From NCBI GenBank assembly GCA_964016885.1, contig OZ024740.1, forward strand, positions 268,398,001 through 268,462,000: DNA of 64,000 nt, given 5' to 3'. This DNA is from Eledone cirrhosa (Eukaryota). Positions 38,291-51,972 of this stretch are shown piece after piece. A program made the position numbers and the translations under genes. How positions within the stretch are numbered: the stretch's first letter is position 1; every line of letters starts with the position of its first letter. The notes under the pieces were generated by a model, which searched no databases, was not told the origin of the DNA, and saw nothing but the letters and a program-made list of their open reading frames with translations.

Positions 38291-40900
38291 GGGCTCTTAA
38301 GAAACGAGGGAGCCAAAGCTGTTAGCTGGGCCCGAGTGGCAGAGGCGAAAAGTGGCAACAAATCCACAATTCGGTCTTTGCAAGACAAAGATGGACGCAT
38401 TATACTTGAATCCAAGAAGATGTGCACGGCCTTCCAGCAGCATTTTGCACAACTGTTCGGGCAAAGCGATACATCGAGTGAGGTGATGGACTTCAGCTCC
38501 TACCTCGACGGCGTACCGCGACTCTCGAGTACGGATGCGGAGATCTGCGAAAGGTCGATCACTGCGGGCGAAATAGAAGATGCCCTAGGCCGCTGTGAGA
38601 AACGCAAATCACCCGGTTTAGATGGTCTACCCTATGAGTTTTACTTAGGTATGCCAGACTTGTTCTCTGGCGTCCTCGAAGCGGTCTACTGCAACTGGCA
38701 GCAGAACGGGAGGATTCCCAGTTCTGTAGGAATAGGCGTAGTAACGCTGATCAGGAAAGATGAGAACAAGGGGGATGAGATAAGTAATTTCAGGCCCATA
38801 ACTCTGCTCAACACAGAGTTAAATATTTTGGCCAAGGTGTTAGCAGCAAGGCTGGGGCTTGTCGTCAAGATCCTGGTAGGCGAAGCCCAAACGTGTGCAA
38901 TCCCGACCAGGTCCATACACGACAACCTACACCTCATGCGATACATCGTAGAGAGGGTTGGGTGTAAACCTGGCTTTGGTGAGGCTCTGATCAATTTAGA
39001 TCAGTCTAAGGCATTTGATAGGGTCGACCATCAATACTTGGAAGCAGTTCTCAAGGCGGCCGGCTTCGGTCCCGTCTTCAGAGGCTGGATCGCTGCCATG
39101 CTCACCAGCATCTGTCAAGGTGAATGGCTACCTATCAGAGCCATTCTAAATCATGCGTTCCATCCGTCAGGGATGCCCTCTTTCCTCCATTCTGTATGTA
39201 CTGACTCTCGAGCCGTTACTGCGGAAATTGGAGCTGTTGTAGGGTATCCCGATCGAACCAGGACTGCGGAAAGCAGCGTCAGCCTATGCCGACGACATAA
39301 CCGTAATGGTGTCGAAAACCTCGGAAATCAGGGTAATCGGCAACCTATTACAGGAATACGAAACGTTGACAGGAGCAAGACTAAACCCAAACAAGTCTGT
39401 CGGTTTGCAACTCGGCACATGGAGAGGCAAACCCATGCCTTCCGACAGTGTCGTTGGACGCTGGACGGAAGGACCGGGGAAATTGCTCGGTCTGGTTCGG
39501 TCCAGACCTCCAGGTGTACAAGAACTGGAACGAGGTCACGGCGAAGGTGTTTTCACTGACTCAGAAGTGGGTTGAGTGCAAACTCTCCTTGAAAAGTCGA
39601 GCGGAGGTGGCGAACACTTACATAGCGTCCGTCATTTACTACCACTTGAAAGTCGTGCCTTGCCCCCGCGAATACCTTACCAAAATGGAACGCTTACTCT
39701 TTAAGTTCCTCTGGAAGAAACAGGCTCCATTGGTGAGGAGATCCATCTGCTGTCAACACCCTTCTAACGGAGGGCTGGGTATGCCGTGGCTGATGATGCG
39801 CAAACATGCGCTGAGGCTACGCCATCTCCAGGTATTCCTGACCGGTGAACCGGTGTGGCTGTCGTTTGTGAGACAAGCTCTTCCACAACTCGTCTCACTA
39901 ACAGAGCTGCAGTCCTGGGTCAAGCGAAGACCGTAAATGGGTGCCTGGCACCTCGAGTGCCTACAGGCGCTCACAGCCCTCTACCAAGCGGAAACGGCAA
40001 TCAGCGGAGACTCCACTTCGACATTCTAGTGGAGGATAAGTGCGACGCGTTCTCGTGGAAACTCTAGGCATCGAGGAGGACGAACTGACCAGTCTGTTCG
40101 GGAGGACTTTCCGTCCAGGGCCTATGGATAACTTCCATAGGTCTCTGGCCTGGCAGTGCTACCGAGGAGCTCTACCAGTTCGAGACAAAATCTACAGGCA
40201 CGGACGCCCTGGCAGAGATCCTGCCAAAAGGACCTGTCCAAGATGCTAGCGGACATCGAAACCGTTCTGCACGTATTTGTTCAGTGCCCAGGGGCGACCG
40301 ATCTGTGGAATTATGTCGAACAGCTGCTGTCACGTGTGGGACGCATCCAGTTGTCAGCCGAGTCCATCGTGAGGATCACCCCGCCGCCTTCATTTAAGAA
40401 CGAAGGAGAGGCGATTTCCTCGGTCTGGTGGCGATGGCGAAAGAGGTAATATGGTGAACGAGGTTAAAAGGACTGAGGGCAAACTCCTTTCTCTCCGGAC
40501 AACAACTTATCCTCTTCTTCAAGTATCACTTCAGAAGGAAGGTGAGGGTAGAGAGAGAGGTGCTACACCCCAGTAAATTCGCTGAAAGGTGGGTGAATGT
40601 GGCAGAAATGGCCCGAGTGAATGGGCCTTCTCTGTATATAAATCTGTAGGTTGAGGAAGATGAACAGAGGGTAGACAGGAACACCTACAAAACGTGTTCC
40701 TGGTGTTGAGGGTTGTTCTATCTACGGGGTGTAAAACAACCCTGTAGTAACGTTCCCCCCTATTGGGGATTTCAATTGTTATTTTATTATATATAGTTTA
40801 TTGTTATTTATTAATGTTAAAGTTATTTTTATGTAAAACCCCCGCCGTCACGTCTTGTAATGTCCCATTTTTGTACGCCCCTGTAGCAAATAAAGAAAGA
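38291..40900 (+). mobile_element. 5'-truncated Tx1/L1-clade LINE (ORF2 reverse transcriptase plus C-terminal zinc finger), frameshifted
   Basis: KSPGLDGLPYEFY, FRPITLLNTELNILAKVLAARL, LINLDQSKAFDRVDH, QGCPLS and AYADDIT in shifted frames, GGLGMP, CPRC...ETVLHVFVQC, AATAAA near the end. Flanked by (TATC)n on both sides. Confidence 0.93.
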
Positions 40901-41120
40901 TATCTATCTATTGGGCAGAAAAAGTGTCATCGATCTGATTAGTTTTTAGTCTTCCTTAATCAAAGAATTACCCGCGTCCTCTGTTCAAAGAAAGACCAGC
41001 TGCTCATAATTCTTTATAGTGCATACAAAACAGAACTCAACCATACTGGCTACACACACTCACGATAGAGTATATTAATAATATAGATACATACATACAC
41101 ACCAATACATATACACACAC

Positions 41121-41222
<102 letters not shown>

Positions 41223-41345
41223 ACACACACACACACACACCACCGAAAAAATAACTTGCAACACCTACTGGCGTAATTTACTTTTAAATAAACAAAATAC
41301 TTGAAATAAATGTTTCTTATAACCATGTATAGAAAAGTATGTTAA

Positions 41346-41556
41346 CCCTTTAGCATTTACATTACTCTATATTTACTATTATATTTTCACAGTAAAGACT
41401 TTACCTTACATAATTATTTCACATAATATTGAATCTACGAGATTTTGATATTATTTATTTTGAGAACAACACTTTAACATCAGTATGAGTGGCCAGTTAC
41501 GGCCGGTTTGAACAGAAAGATGTGAGAAAATTCTGGCCGGTTTAAATGCTAAAGGG
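41346..41556. mobile_element. piggyBac-type MITE
   Basis: TTAA|CCCTTTAGCATTTA ... TAAATGCTAAAGGG|TTAA: 14-bp perfect TIRs with TTAA target. Confidence 0.9.
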
Positions 41557-41657
41557 TTAACCAAGCTAATAAATTTCAAAGTAATGGTGTTCATAATGTT
41601 AATAATAATAGTAATAATAATAATAGTAATAATAATAATAGTAATAATAATGATAAA

Positions 41658-41810
41658 ATGGTTTCAGATTTAGACACAAGGCCAGCAATTGGGGAGGAGT
41701 CGATTAAATCGACCCCAGTACGTTACTGGTACTTTATGTTATCGACCCCGTAAGGATGATAAGGAAAACTAACCTCAGCGGGATTCGAACTCAGAACGTA
41801 AAGGGATGTA
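41658..41810 (-). mobile_element. SINE copy, truncated, adjacent to (AAT)n
   Basis: Family similarity. Confidence 0.8.
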
Positions 41811-43022
41811 AAGTACCGACTTGAACTGGTTGGTACTGGTTAGAATGACTCAAGAAAGAATAGATGGACAGATTTTAAGAGCAAAACCTACCCGTATGAG
41901 GCCCAGGGTTAGACGCCAAGTAAGAACACGCCATCTTCTTTGTATGGCGAACCGACTCCCAAAACCTCAAAATACGTTTTAAAAAATTTCGTAAGCCCAA
42001 ACATAAATTTTAGAAACAAATAAACAAACAATACATAAATAAATAAACGCAAGTATTTACACAAGATAGAAAAAATGACGAATTTATAAAGAGAAACATT
42101 AATGAAAGTAGCAACAAAAGTAGCTCATATTTTGCCTAGTTTCATTGCCAAAAATGATATCTTCATATGAGTCAACACTCGGAAAAGAATGCCACGAAAT
42201 CTGCTTCTTTACTGAAGATTTCGTTAATGAAAGGAATAGAAGAAAAATACATACATCAAACATAAATCAATTAAAAATGGGTGATGGGCGAGGAGTTCTA
42301 TGTACATTCAAAGGAGAAATTGAGAGCAGCCCTAGCTAATATATAGGCTTTGCCTTTTTATCCATTCGAAGTCGATAAAAAAATACATCAATCTAGTATT
42401 GGGTCGATTCTTCCTATATATCTCTTTCTGTCTTCCTTTTTCTCAGTCCCTCTATCATTCTCTGGAGGAAATCTTCTGCATTCAGACCTGAAGAGGATAT
42501 GGGCCCTGCCAGGTTCTAAATGCCCTAGAAACGCCGTATACTAATACAGCGCCACTACAATCTCCCCAGTGTTTATAGGACCATACATGCATGTTGCACT
42601 ACATAATTCAAGGTGTCTTCATTTTTCAAAGTATTAGAGGAGTCATCGGTAACCTGCGGCCCGCGAAGCTTTCTGAATGGCTCGCCTAAATAATCTAAGT
42701 GAAATATTTCTGATTTTTTAACCCCAACTTTTCAGTTGTTATTTATCTTTCTAGCATTTTTACGATCGAGGAAAACAACGTGCTCGATTGCTGAAGAAAC
42801 AATCTAAACAACCTGAGTTGCAGGAATTAAACAAAAATAAAACGAAACGAATAGTGTCCAAGGTACGTGGGAAAAAAATCTATCTCACCTTTAGATTGGT
42901 GAGAAATACGCGGATGTTCAAATTACATCTGAATCTCAGATGGATTCGCTGAATGACCTCAAGGAAAACTATGCGGATGTTGTGCTGTTTGGGAGAATAG
43001 GAAGGGTATGTATGTATGTATG

Positions 43023-43609
43023 TTTATCTCTTTCTCTTATTTTCGAGTATATTTTTGACTGGCCACCTTCCTGGTGGCAAGGTTGTAAAAGAAAAGAAAT
43101 TGTCATCCCTTGAATCGCAAGAATGTTTTGCAAATTTTGAAGGTGCCAGCTATCGCAGCCATTTGTAGACTATGAATTAGGGAGCTGCGCTCTTTGTCCG
43201 CAAATCCAACTTCAGTTATACATTGGTCCAAGCGGGTTGGTATATAACCCGTAGCTCCAATAATGATGGGTATGAAGCTAAAGGTGTATCTTGGATACTG
43301 GATTTGTAAACTCCTCATCAATGGTCCGTAGATGTCCTCCTTCTCCTGTATTTTTCTGACAACGTTTACATCAAGTGGGCAGCTGATCTCCACAACAGAA
43401 CACGTTTTCAATGTGTGGTCCCAAACAACAATATCAGGCCGGCTGTGCTTTAATTTGGTGGCAGTTTTTATTTTCAGGTTCCACCAGTATTCTTTAGTGC
43501 CATCTGTCTCAATATATTCTTCCTCGTTTGTTTTTAATTTTATTTTCCGAAATGCGTTCCAGGTGGTTCTAGCTATCCCATCGTGTCTCATGGGGAGGTA
43601 GTAGTGAGA
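43023..43609 (-). mobile_element. RLE-type (R4/NeSL-like) LINE 3' fragment in (CATA)n
   Basis: Open frame MRHDGIAR...YWWN...HSRPDIVVWD...VVEISCPLD...KEDIY...IPIIIGATG...TFKICKTFL. (TATG)n tracts on both sides. Confidence 0.85.
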
Positions 43610-43659
43610 TGTATGTATGAATGTATGTATGTATGTATGTATGTATGTATGTATGTATG

Positions 43660-43690
<31 letters not shown>

Positions 43691-44380
43691 GAGAGGGAAA
43701 CTTTGAAAAAAGAAAACCTGCGGCTTCGAAAACATCCGATGATGTTGACCAGTTCTCCTTTTCGGGTAGTGTTTTCGATGCTCAGAGCGTGGGATTGGTC
43801 GAGTGAAAGGCCTTTCCCCACTTGAAAAACCTTCAAAGCACAGGCATTGTTTGTTCAGGATCTGTTACAGGTTCGTGTGGCTAGCAGTAGCCTAAAAGTG
43901 CACCATTTTCTGTAATCTGACAAGCCATTGCACTACTCTTAGCAGAGTTTGCAGCCATCTTGTATGCATGTATGTATTATGTATTTATAGAATCCACTAA
44001 AGAAATGCAGACGACAGGAAGACAAGCAAATAACGAGGCTTGTCCGGCCGCTTCCTCTTTGGACCAGCCACCATCGAGACCTCAGGCGTCGTTGGGCCCC
44101 GGAGAGCTAACCTCCTCTATAAAATCAGATCGATAGCAACCCCTATGATGAAGGAGCTCCGAGAGGTGGAGTGGCTGCTGCAGCCATCGTCCGTGCGGAA
44201 ATGACTTTGCCATTTTGTCCGGGGGTGGCAGCCGAAACACCGCTCTGACATAAATGCAGAATCTGTCACCCTTCCCCAATCTTCCTTTGTCTAGTAGTCC
44301 TAACTCTTCCACTCCTTTCCCTCCCATTTATGGCCTTTATAGTCCTTCCCAATACTTCTTTTTTCTGCATGTTTAACATT

Positions 44381-44572
44381 GGGGCGGAGTGGCAGTATCG
44401 GTAGAGCGTCAGACACCATGATTTGTCGCATAGAGTTATTGCCCTTTACGTTCTGAGTTCAAATCCCGCCGAGGTTAACTTTGCCTTTCATCCTTACGGG
44501 GTCGATAAACTAAAGTACGAGTAATGCACTGGGATAATTGCTGGCCTTGTGCCAAAAGTAGAAACAATTATA
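44381..44572 (+). mobile_element. SINE copy, full length
   Basis: Starts GGGGCGGAGTGGCAGTATCGGTAGAGCG (tRNA-like head). Confidence 0.9.
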
Positions 44573-44939
44573 TAATTAGGATAAATAATTAAACTAATAT
44601 TTTGATGAGATAGACGGTCAGGCTAAAATGGTTTGATGTATTTGTTACGGATACTTTCGTTCTGCTTTTCGAATCCCAACGATGTCAACTTTTCCTTCTA
44701 TTGCTTAAAGGCAGCAGTCAACTATAAATGTCGATTTGATTGAGTATATATTTACCGCCAATATATGACAAATATATGTCCTTTTTAGATATTTTGTTAC
44801 GACTTTCTACGTTCTGAATTCAAATTTCGCCAAGATTAATTTCGCCCTTAACATCCTTCAGGGGTTGATAAAATAAAGTACCAGTTAAGTACTGGAGTCA
44901 ATATAATTGACTTTCTTCATCCCACCAAATTGCTAGACC

Positions 44940-44959
44940 TTAGTAGAAGCAGCAGCAGC

Positions 44960-45015
<56 letters not shown>

Positions 45016-45067
45016 AAGCAGTAGTAGTAGTAGAAGTAGTAGTAGTATTAGTAGTAGTAGTAGTAGT

Positions 45068-45105
<38 letters not shown>

Positions 45106-45159
45106 TAGCAGCAGCAGCCGCAGCAGTATAGCAGTAGTAGTAGTAGTAATAGCAGCAGC

Positions 45160-45200
<41 letters not shown>

Positions 45201-45297
45201 CAGTAGTAGTAGTAGTAGTAGTAGTAATAGCAGCAGCAGCAGCAGTAGTAGCAATAGTAGTAGTAGCAATAGTAGTAGCAATAGTAGTAGTAGCAGC

Positions 45298-45334
<37 letters not shown>

Positions 45335-45335
45335 A
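44940..45335. repeat. (AGT)n/(AGC)n compound microsatellite
   Basis: Direct read. Confidence 0.95.
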
Positions 45336-45486
45336 ACGCTATTTATCGAACGTATGATATTCTAACATGTGAGAACAGACTCATTACATTATATTTACAA
45401 GTCTCTCTTGCCATGGCTTCCCACTTGGCTGAGGAATAAACGTTGTTTTGTTTTGTTTTTTTTTCTTCTTATATTATTATTTTATT

Positions 45487-45903
45487 GGTGGTGGATTGGC
45501 AGTATCGTTAGAGGGTCAGACACCATGCTTTGACGCATAGAGTTACGGCCCTTGCCATTCTGAGTTCAAATCCCACCCCGCGGTTAACTTTGCCTTTCAT
45601 CCTTACGGAGTCGATAAAATAAAGTACCAGTAATGCACTGGGATAAATGGTGGCCTTGTGCCAAAAGTAGAAACAATTATTATTTTATTGGCAGAGGATT
45701 GGCAGTATCGTTAGAGGGTCGGACACCATGCTTTGACGCATAGAGTTACGGCCCTTGCCATTCTGAGTTCAAATCCCCCCCCCCCCCCCCACACCCTCCC
45801 CGAGGTTAACTTTGCCTTTCATCCTTACGGGGTCGATAAAATAAAGTACCAGTAATGTACTGGGTAATTGCTGGCCTTGTGCCAAAAGTAGAAACAATTA
45901 TTA
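45487..45903 (+). mobile_element. Tandem pair of SINE copies
   Basis: Two units share the diagnostic CCCTTGCCATTCTG, and each is preceded by ATTATTATTTTATTGG. Confidence 0.88.
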
Positions 45904-46159
45904 TTTTGTTTTGTTTTGTTTTTGTATTTTTTTTTTTTTTTTGTTTTTGTGTAGTTTATCTCTGCTGCAGGCTTTTATGGATGCGTTACAAATATCGTTG
46001 TCTTGGAAACGACTCAATGCATACGCTCATACGATCATACACACACATACACGCATGCACACATGCACGCAACGAATGTACACGTGTGGCAGCACATGCA
46101 GGCGTGCTTACACAGAAATAGGCGCATGTGCTGGCTGTTACTGCCACATATGCTGAAGT

Positions 46160-46401
46160 TGTTATTGTTGTTGCTGTCGTTGTTGTTGTTGTTATGCTAG
46201 TTCTTGGTGATGATGATGAAAATGGTGGTGGTGGTGGTGGTGGTGGTGGTGGTGGTGGTGGTGGTGGTGGTAGCGCTGGTGATGATGATGATGATGGTGG
46301 TGGTGATGATGAAGGCGATGGTGTTGATGATGGTGATGGTGAGATGGCCATGAAGATGATAGTGCTGGTAATGATGATGATGATGATGGTGATGGTGATG
46401 G

Positions 46402-46438
<37 letters not shown>

Positions 46439-46495
46439 GGCGATGGTGTTGATGATGGTGATGGTGACATGGCGATGAAGATGATAGTGCTGGTA

Positions 46496-46533
<38 letters not shown>

Positions 46534-46691
46534 AATGATGATGATGATGATGATAAAGGCGATGGCGATGATGATGATGATGATGATAATATTGATGATG
46601 ATGATGATAGCGATGGTGGTGATGATGACGACGATGATTATGATGATGATGATAATGATGATGATGATGATGGTGTTGATGATAGCAATTG

Positions 46692-46723
<32 letters not shown>

Positions 46724-46748
46724 GCGATGGTGTTGATGATAGCGATTG

Positions 46749-46785
<37 letters not shown>

Positions 46786-46875
46786 GATGATCGTGGTAGT
46801 GGTGATGATGGTGGTGATGGTGATGATAATGGTGATGGTGATGATGACGACGATGGTGATGATGAGGAGGAGGGG
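46160..46875. repeat. (GTT)n/(GGT)n/(GAT)n low-complexity tract
   Basis: Direct read. Confidence 0.95.
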
Positions 46876-47009
46876 GATGCTGTTACTATATACCGTCTTT
46901 CGTTTGGTTGCCGGTGTTCACCAGCTCTACTGATTACAGTTGCTTCTATCTATAATTCCAGCTGTTGTTGTTGGTGTTGTTGTTGTTGTAGACGTCGTGA
47001 GCATAACAA

Positions 47010-47195
47010 TAATTGTTTCTACTTTTGGCACAAGGCCAGCAATTCTCCCAGTGTATTACTGGTACTTTATTTATCGACCCTGTAGGGATGAAAGGCAAAG
47101 TTAACCTCGGCGGGATTTGAACTCAGATCATAAAGGGAGGTAACTCTATGCTTCAAAGCACGGCGTCCGACCCTCTACCGATACTGCCAATCCAC
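47010..47195 (-). mobile_element. SINE copy
   Basis: Family similarity. Confidence 0.88.
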
Positions 47196-47559
47196 TATAA
47201 TAATTGTTTCTATATTTCTATTTATTGTGTGCTTACACTAAATGACCGAGCGCAGCCCTATGTACCTTGGCTACGTGCGGAATTATATATAAATATATAA
47301 GCAATAAAATCATTATTTGAAATTTTCCCATTGCTTTTATAATCAATTGAGGTTAGCTTTGCTTTTCATCCTTAAGGTGTCAATAAAATAAAGTACCAAT
47401 ATCGCACTGGGGTAAATTTAATCGACGTTTCCTTGTGCCAAAATAAAAAAAAAACTGTTACTATCAGCGCCATCATCAACAACAGCAGCATAATCACCAT
47501 AATAAATATTATTATTAATGTATAATTCCTTTTCTCTTCGGCCAATCCCTCATCGACTT

Positions 47560-47940
47560 TTTCAAGTTTCACTTGGAAAGGAAGGTGAGGGTGGAGAGAG
47601 AAGTGCTGAAAGTACATTTGCTGAAAGGTGGGTGAAAGTGGCGAGAATGGCCCGTGTGAGTGGGCCTACTTTGATCATGCGCCTGTAGGTGGGTACATTT
47701 GAGGAGGAGAGGGGTGGCCTTCCCGGGTGCTCTCGAAGCGTCGGATCGTTCAGGATTGGTGGGGTACCTGAGTGAACCCTCGGTGGTTATCCCCCCTATT
47801 GGGGAATTTTTCTTGTTGTATTTTTCTTGTTACTTTGTTATTGTTATTTATATTGTTTACACGTTGTATATGTAAACCCCCACTGTCCCAGTGTTTTGTA
47901 TTGTCCCCTATATGTCGGCCCCTGTGGCCAATAAATGAAA
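47560..47940 (+). mobile_element. 3' end fragment of the Tx1/L1 family
   Basis: Similar to 40520-40895 (GGAAGGTGAGGGT...GCTGAAAGGTGGGTGAA...CCCCCTATTGGGGA...AATAAA). Confidence 0.8.
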
Positions 47941-48029
47941 TCATTATTAATGTGTAATTCACATAGAAATAGTGTTAGGAATTCTATCGGTTTTGTTTGC
48001 TGAACATTGTCCGCTGCTCCGTGTTTTCA

Positions 48030-48420
48030 GATAATGAACAGTTTTCTCAAATTCTTGTTGCACCCAGGAGGCATGTGTTCTGTGGTCTTAGATCTACCCA
48101 CGTCTTGAGGCATACAAAGCAGTGTACTTCCACCAGCACGGTCAATCTACCATGGTCGTCCCAGCAACTGTTTAATTAGTTCCTGTATGTCTGAGGTCCT
48201 CCTGAAATGCTCAATATCAGTTGTTCTTTTAGTGCTACAAGATCTATTCTTAGGCTGATCACAGAGAGCCTTTTGTGGATATTGTTTGACATTCTACCGA
48301 ATGATCCTATTATAGCAGACATTACTTTTGCGTCTCTGTAATTCCATAGCATTTTAAGTTCTTATCTTCCCGTTTTCTTTATCTTTCACCTTGGTATCGA
48401 ATGAGCCGAATACATCTAAT
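48030..48420 (-). mobile_element. Diverged R4/Dong-like 3' remnant
   Basis: Minus strand shows SFDTKVKDKE and LLGATRI-like stretches resembling family B. Confidence 0.5.
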
Positions 48421-48575
48421 ATCTTGCAAGTTATGACATCTTTCTTTAATACAACTGTATTTAGTATTGAGTGTTCCAGTTTCTTTTATATCTGAATGTT
48501 CATGTTCGATAAGACTTTTATTCGTTAATTTTAAACAAATTTCACTGACATATGCTCAGACCACTTTTCCGGGTT

Positions 48576-48622
<47 letters not shown>

Positions 48623-48789
48623 ATGTTTTCCACAGCTGCCAGTGAATATCAAATGCAATTTTGTCGTGCCTATAGCATTTGAAATGTTTTCTACCAGATG
48701 TTACACTCTGAAATCAAGTGGGCTATAGTGGCTTCCATTTTTCAACGCATAACCGACACAGTGACGATATATCTAACTTGTCTAAAATG

Positions 48790-49120
48790 TCTTGGCAGAC
48801 GTCTATTGCAACTGGCAGCAGAACGGAAGAATTCTCAGATCCGTAAGCCTTGAAGTGGTAGCCCTGCTGCAAAAGGACCCGAACAAAGGGCACTATAGTG
48901 ATCATTTTAGGCCCATAATTCTGCTAAATTCAGCGTTTACAATTTTGACCGTGTTAATGATGAGGTTGGTACTGCCGTCGGTTTTCTGGTATGAGAGACG
49001 AAAACAAGCCCTATCCTGAACAGATCCATCCACAACAAGCCCCACCTCATGCCATCTATAATAGAGAAAGTGGGTGAAGAACCTGTAACAGATGGGGCCC
49101 TGGCCAACTAAGATCAAACG
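48790..49120 (+). mobile_element. Diverged Tx1/L1 reverse transcriptase fragment
   Basis: VYCNWQQNGRI...FRPIILLNS matches 38680-38830. Confidence 0.8.
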
Positions 49121-49137
49121 AAAGCTTTCTATAATAA

Positions 49138-50018
49138 TAATTGTTTCTATTTTTGACACAAGGCCAGCAATTACTCAGTGCATTAGTGGTACTTTATTTT
49201 ATCCACCCCGTAAGGATGAAAGGCAAAGTTAACCTCGGCGGGATTTTAACTCAGAATGGCAAGGGCCGTAACTCTATGCGTCAAAGCATGGCGTTCGACC
49301 CTCTACCGATACTGCCAATCCACTGCTTTCTATAATAATAATAATGTGTTTCTACTTTAGGCACAAGGTCAGCAATTTGAAGGGAATGGGAAAGTCGATT
49401 AAATCGACACCAGTGCGTTACTGGTACTTTATTTTATCGACCCCGTAAAGATGAAAGGTAGAGCTAACCCCGGCGGATTAATGATAATGATAATAATGGT
49501 TTCTTATATAGGCACGTGGCCAGTTATTTGGGGGGATGGGAATGTCGATTAAATCGACACCAGTGCGTTACTGGTACTTTATTTTATCCACTCCGTAAGG
49601 ATGAAAGGCAAAGGTAACATCGGTGGAGAAATAATAATTTCTAGTATAGGCGCAAGGCCAGTCATTTTGGGGAATGGGAAAGTCGATTAAATCGACCCCA
49701 GTGTGACTGGTACTTTATTTTATCGACCCCGTAAGGATGAAAGCAAAGTTAAACTCGGTGGGATTTGAACTCAGAACGTAAAGGGCCGTAACTCTATGCT
49801 GCAAAGCATGGTGTCTGACACTCTAACGATTCTGCCAAATAATTGTTTCTACTTTTGGCACAAGGCCAGCAAATCACCCAGTACATTACTGGTACTTTAT
49901 TTTATCGACCCATGAGGATGAAAGGCAAAGTTAACCTCGGCGGGATTTGAACTCAGACCGTAAAGGGACGTAACTATGCTCGAAAGCATGGTGTCCGACC
50001 CTCTACCGATACTGCCCA
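49138..50018 (-). mobile_element. Head-to-tail cluster of five SINE copies (full and truncated)
   Basis: Units near 49138, 49345, 49495, 49635 and 49840, all on the minus strand. The first has TSD GCTTTCTATAATAATA. Confidence 0.88.
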
Positions 50019-50027
50019 AATAATAAT

Positions 50028-50292
50028 AAGGAATTGGAACTCTCATGAGATCAAGGTCGTCCTCATTACCATAGGTGAACCAGGTACTTTCTCAAACAGC
50101 TTCCAAGGTTGGTTAAAGAACATTAGCCCAGCTCCTACCCTGTTTTTTTTTTTGGAATACTCCAGAAGGCAAGCCTACTAGGAACGAAAGACCATTCGAT
50201 ACCCCCTGAATATCTAAGGCTACAGGTAACAGCTTGGAGTCCATTAGGGCATATTTTCCGGATAAATAACATCAATGACTGAGATATCAAAG
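50028..50292 (+). mobile_element. R4/Dong-like family B 3' end
   Basis: Similar to 9005-9256, including AAATAACATCAATGACTGAGA. Flanked by AAT repeats and followed by another minus-strand SINE (50298-50422). Confidence 0.75.
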
Positions 50293-50595
50293 TAATAATA
50301 ATTGTTTCTACTTTTGGCACAAGGCCAGCAATTACCCAGTGCATTACTGGTACTTTATTTATCGACCCCGTAAGGATGAAAGGCAAAGTTAACCTCGGCG
50401 GGATTTGAACTCAGTCCGTAAAGTAATAATAATAATAATAATAATTGAATCTCGTCAAATGAAACGATCAGAGAGGGAGAAGAAAGAGATAGAAAAGTGA
50501 AATGGAGGAGAGTGAACGAGAGAGAGAGAGAGAGAGAGAGAGTGAGAGAGGCGGGAAAAGGGAGATAGATAGAGATATATACAGAGAGAGGAAGA

Positions 50596-50651
<56 letters not shown>

Positions 50652-50714
50652 GAGAAAGAGAGAGATATCGAGAGGGAAAAAAGAGAGAGAAAAGAGCATG
50701 AGGTATATAGATAG

Positions 50715-50748
<34 letters not shown>

Positions 50749-50789
50749 AAAGAGAGGGGGAGGGAGAAAGATGTAAAAATGAAAGAGAG

Positions 50790-51207
50790 TATAACTGCAA
50801 TAGTAGCAACAGCAACATTTGCAGAGACAGCAGCAGCGGGCAGCAAAATCAGCGACAATAACAGCACTGAGCAGCAGCAGACACTGAAACAATTGAAACA
50901 GAAGCAGCAGCAACCAGCAATAGCAGCAATAACAACAGCAACCTACAGCAGCCTCATCACCGGCAGCAGAAGGAGCCAGCAGCAGCAGCAACCACGAGCG
51001 GCAATAGTCAGCTGAAAGCAGCAACAGCGGCACATAGCAGCAGCAGCAACAGCAGTTGTGGGCAACCAACAGCAGCAGCAATCAGCAGCAGCAAACAGCA
51101 GCAGCAGTCTCACTGCCGCCAGCAACAGCAACCAGCAGCAGCCACAGCAGCAGTTCTCGGCAGCAGCCTCAGCAACAGCAGCAACAAAAGCAACAGCAGC
51201 AGCAACA

Positions 51208-51244
<37 letters not shown>

Positions 51245-51386
51245 AAAGCAGCAGCGACGACAGCAGCAGGAACTGGAACATTATAAACAGCAGCAGCAGA
51301 AGCAATTGAAGCAACAGCAGCAGCAATAGAAGCAGTAACAGCAGCAATTGAAGCAACTGCAGCAGCAATAGAAGCAATAACAGCAA

Positions 51387-51472
<86 letters not shown>

Positions 51473-51941
51473 CAACTATAACCACAATAGAAACAACAAC
51501 GGCAATAGCAGCAGCATCATCATCATGTTCAGCAGCAGCAGCAACGGCAATAGTAACAGCAATAGCAGCAGTATCACCATCACCATCAACAACAACAACA
51601 ACAACACAGCAGCAACAGTAACAACAACAACAACAACATTAGGACAGTAGTAAGAGCCGTATTATCATCACTATCATCAACATCATCAACAACAACAACA
51701 ATAACAGCAATAACAACAACATTACGACAGCTACCGTAACAGTAACAGCAGTATTATGAACATCATCATCAACAGCAGAACAAGCAGCAACAACAACAAC
51801 AACAACAACAACACCAGTACGGCAGCAGCAGCAGCAAGAACAACAACAACACCAGTACGGCAGCAGCAGCAGCAGCAACAACAACAACACCAGTACGGCA
51901 GCAGCAGCAGCAGCAGCAAGAACAACAACAATGCCAGTACG

Positions 51942-51972
<31 letters not shown>

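Noticed and set aside
44381-44472. tRNA gene
   Set aside because: A and B boxes belong to a SINE head that continues into the SINE body. There is no complete cloverleaf.
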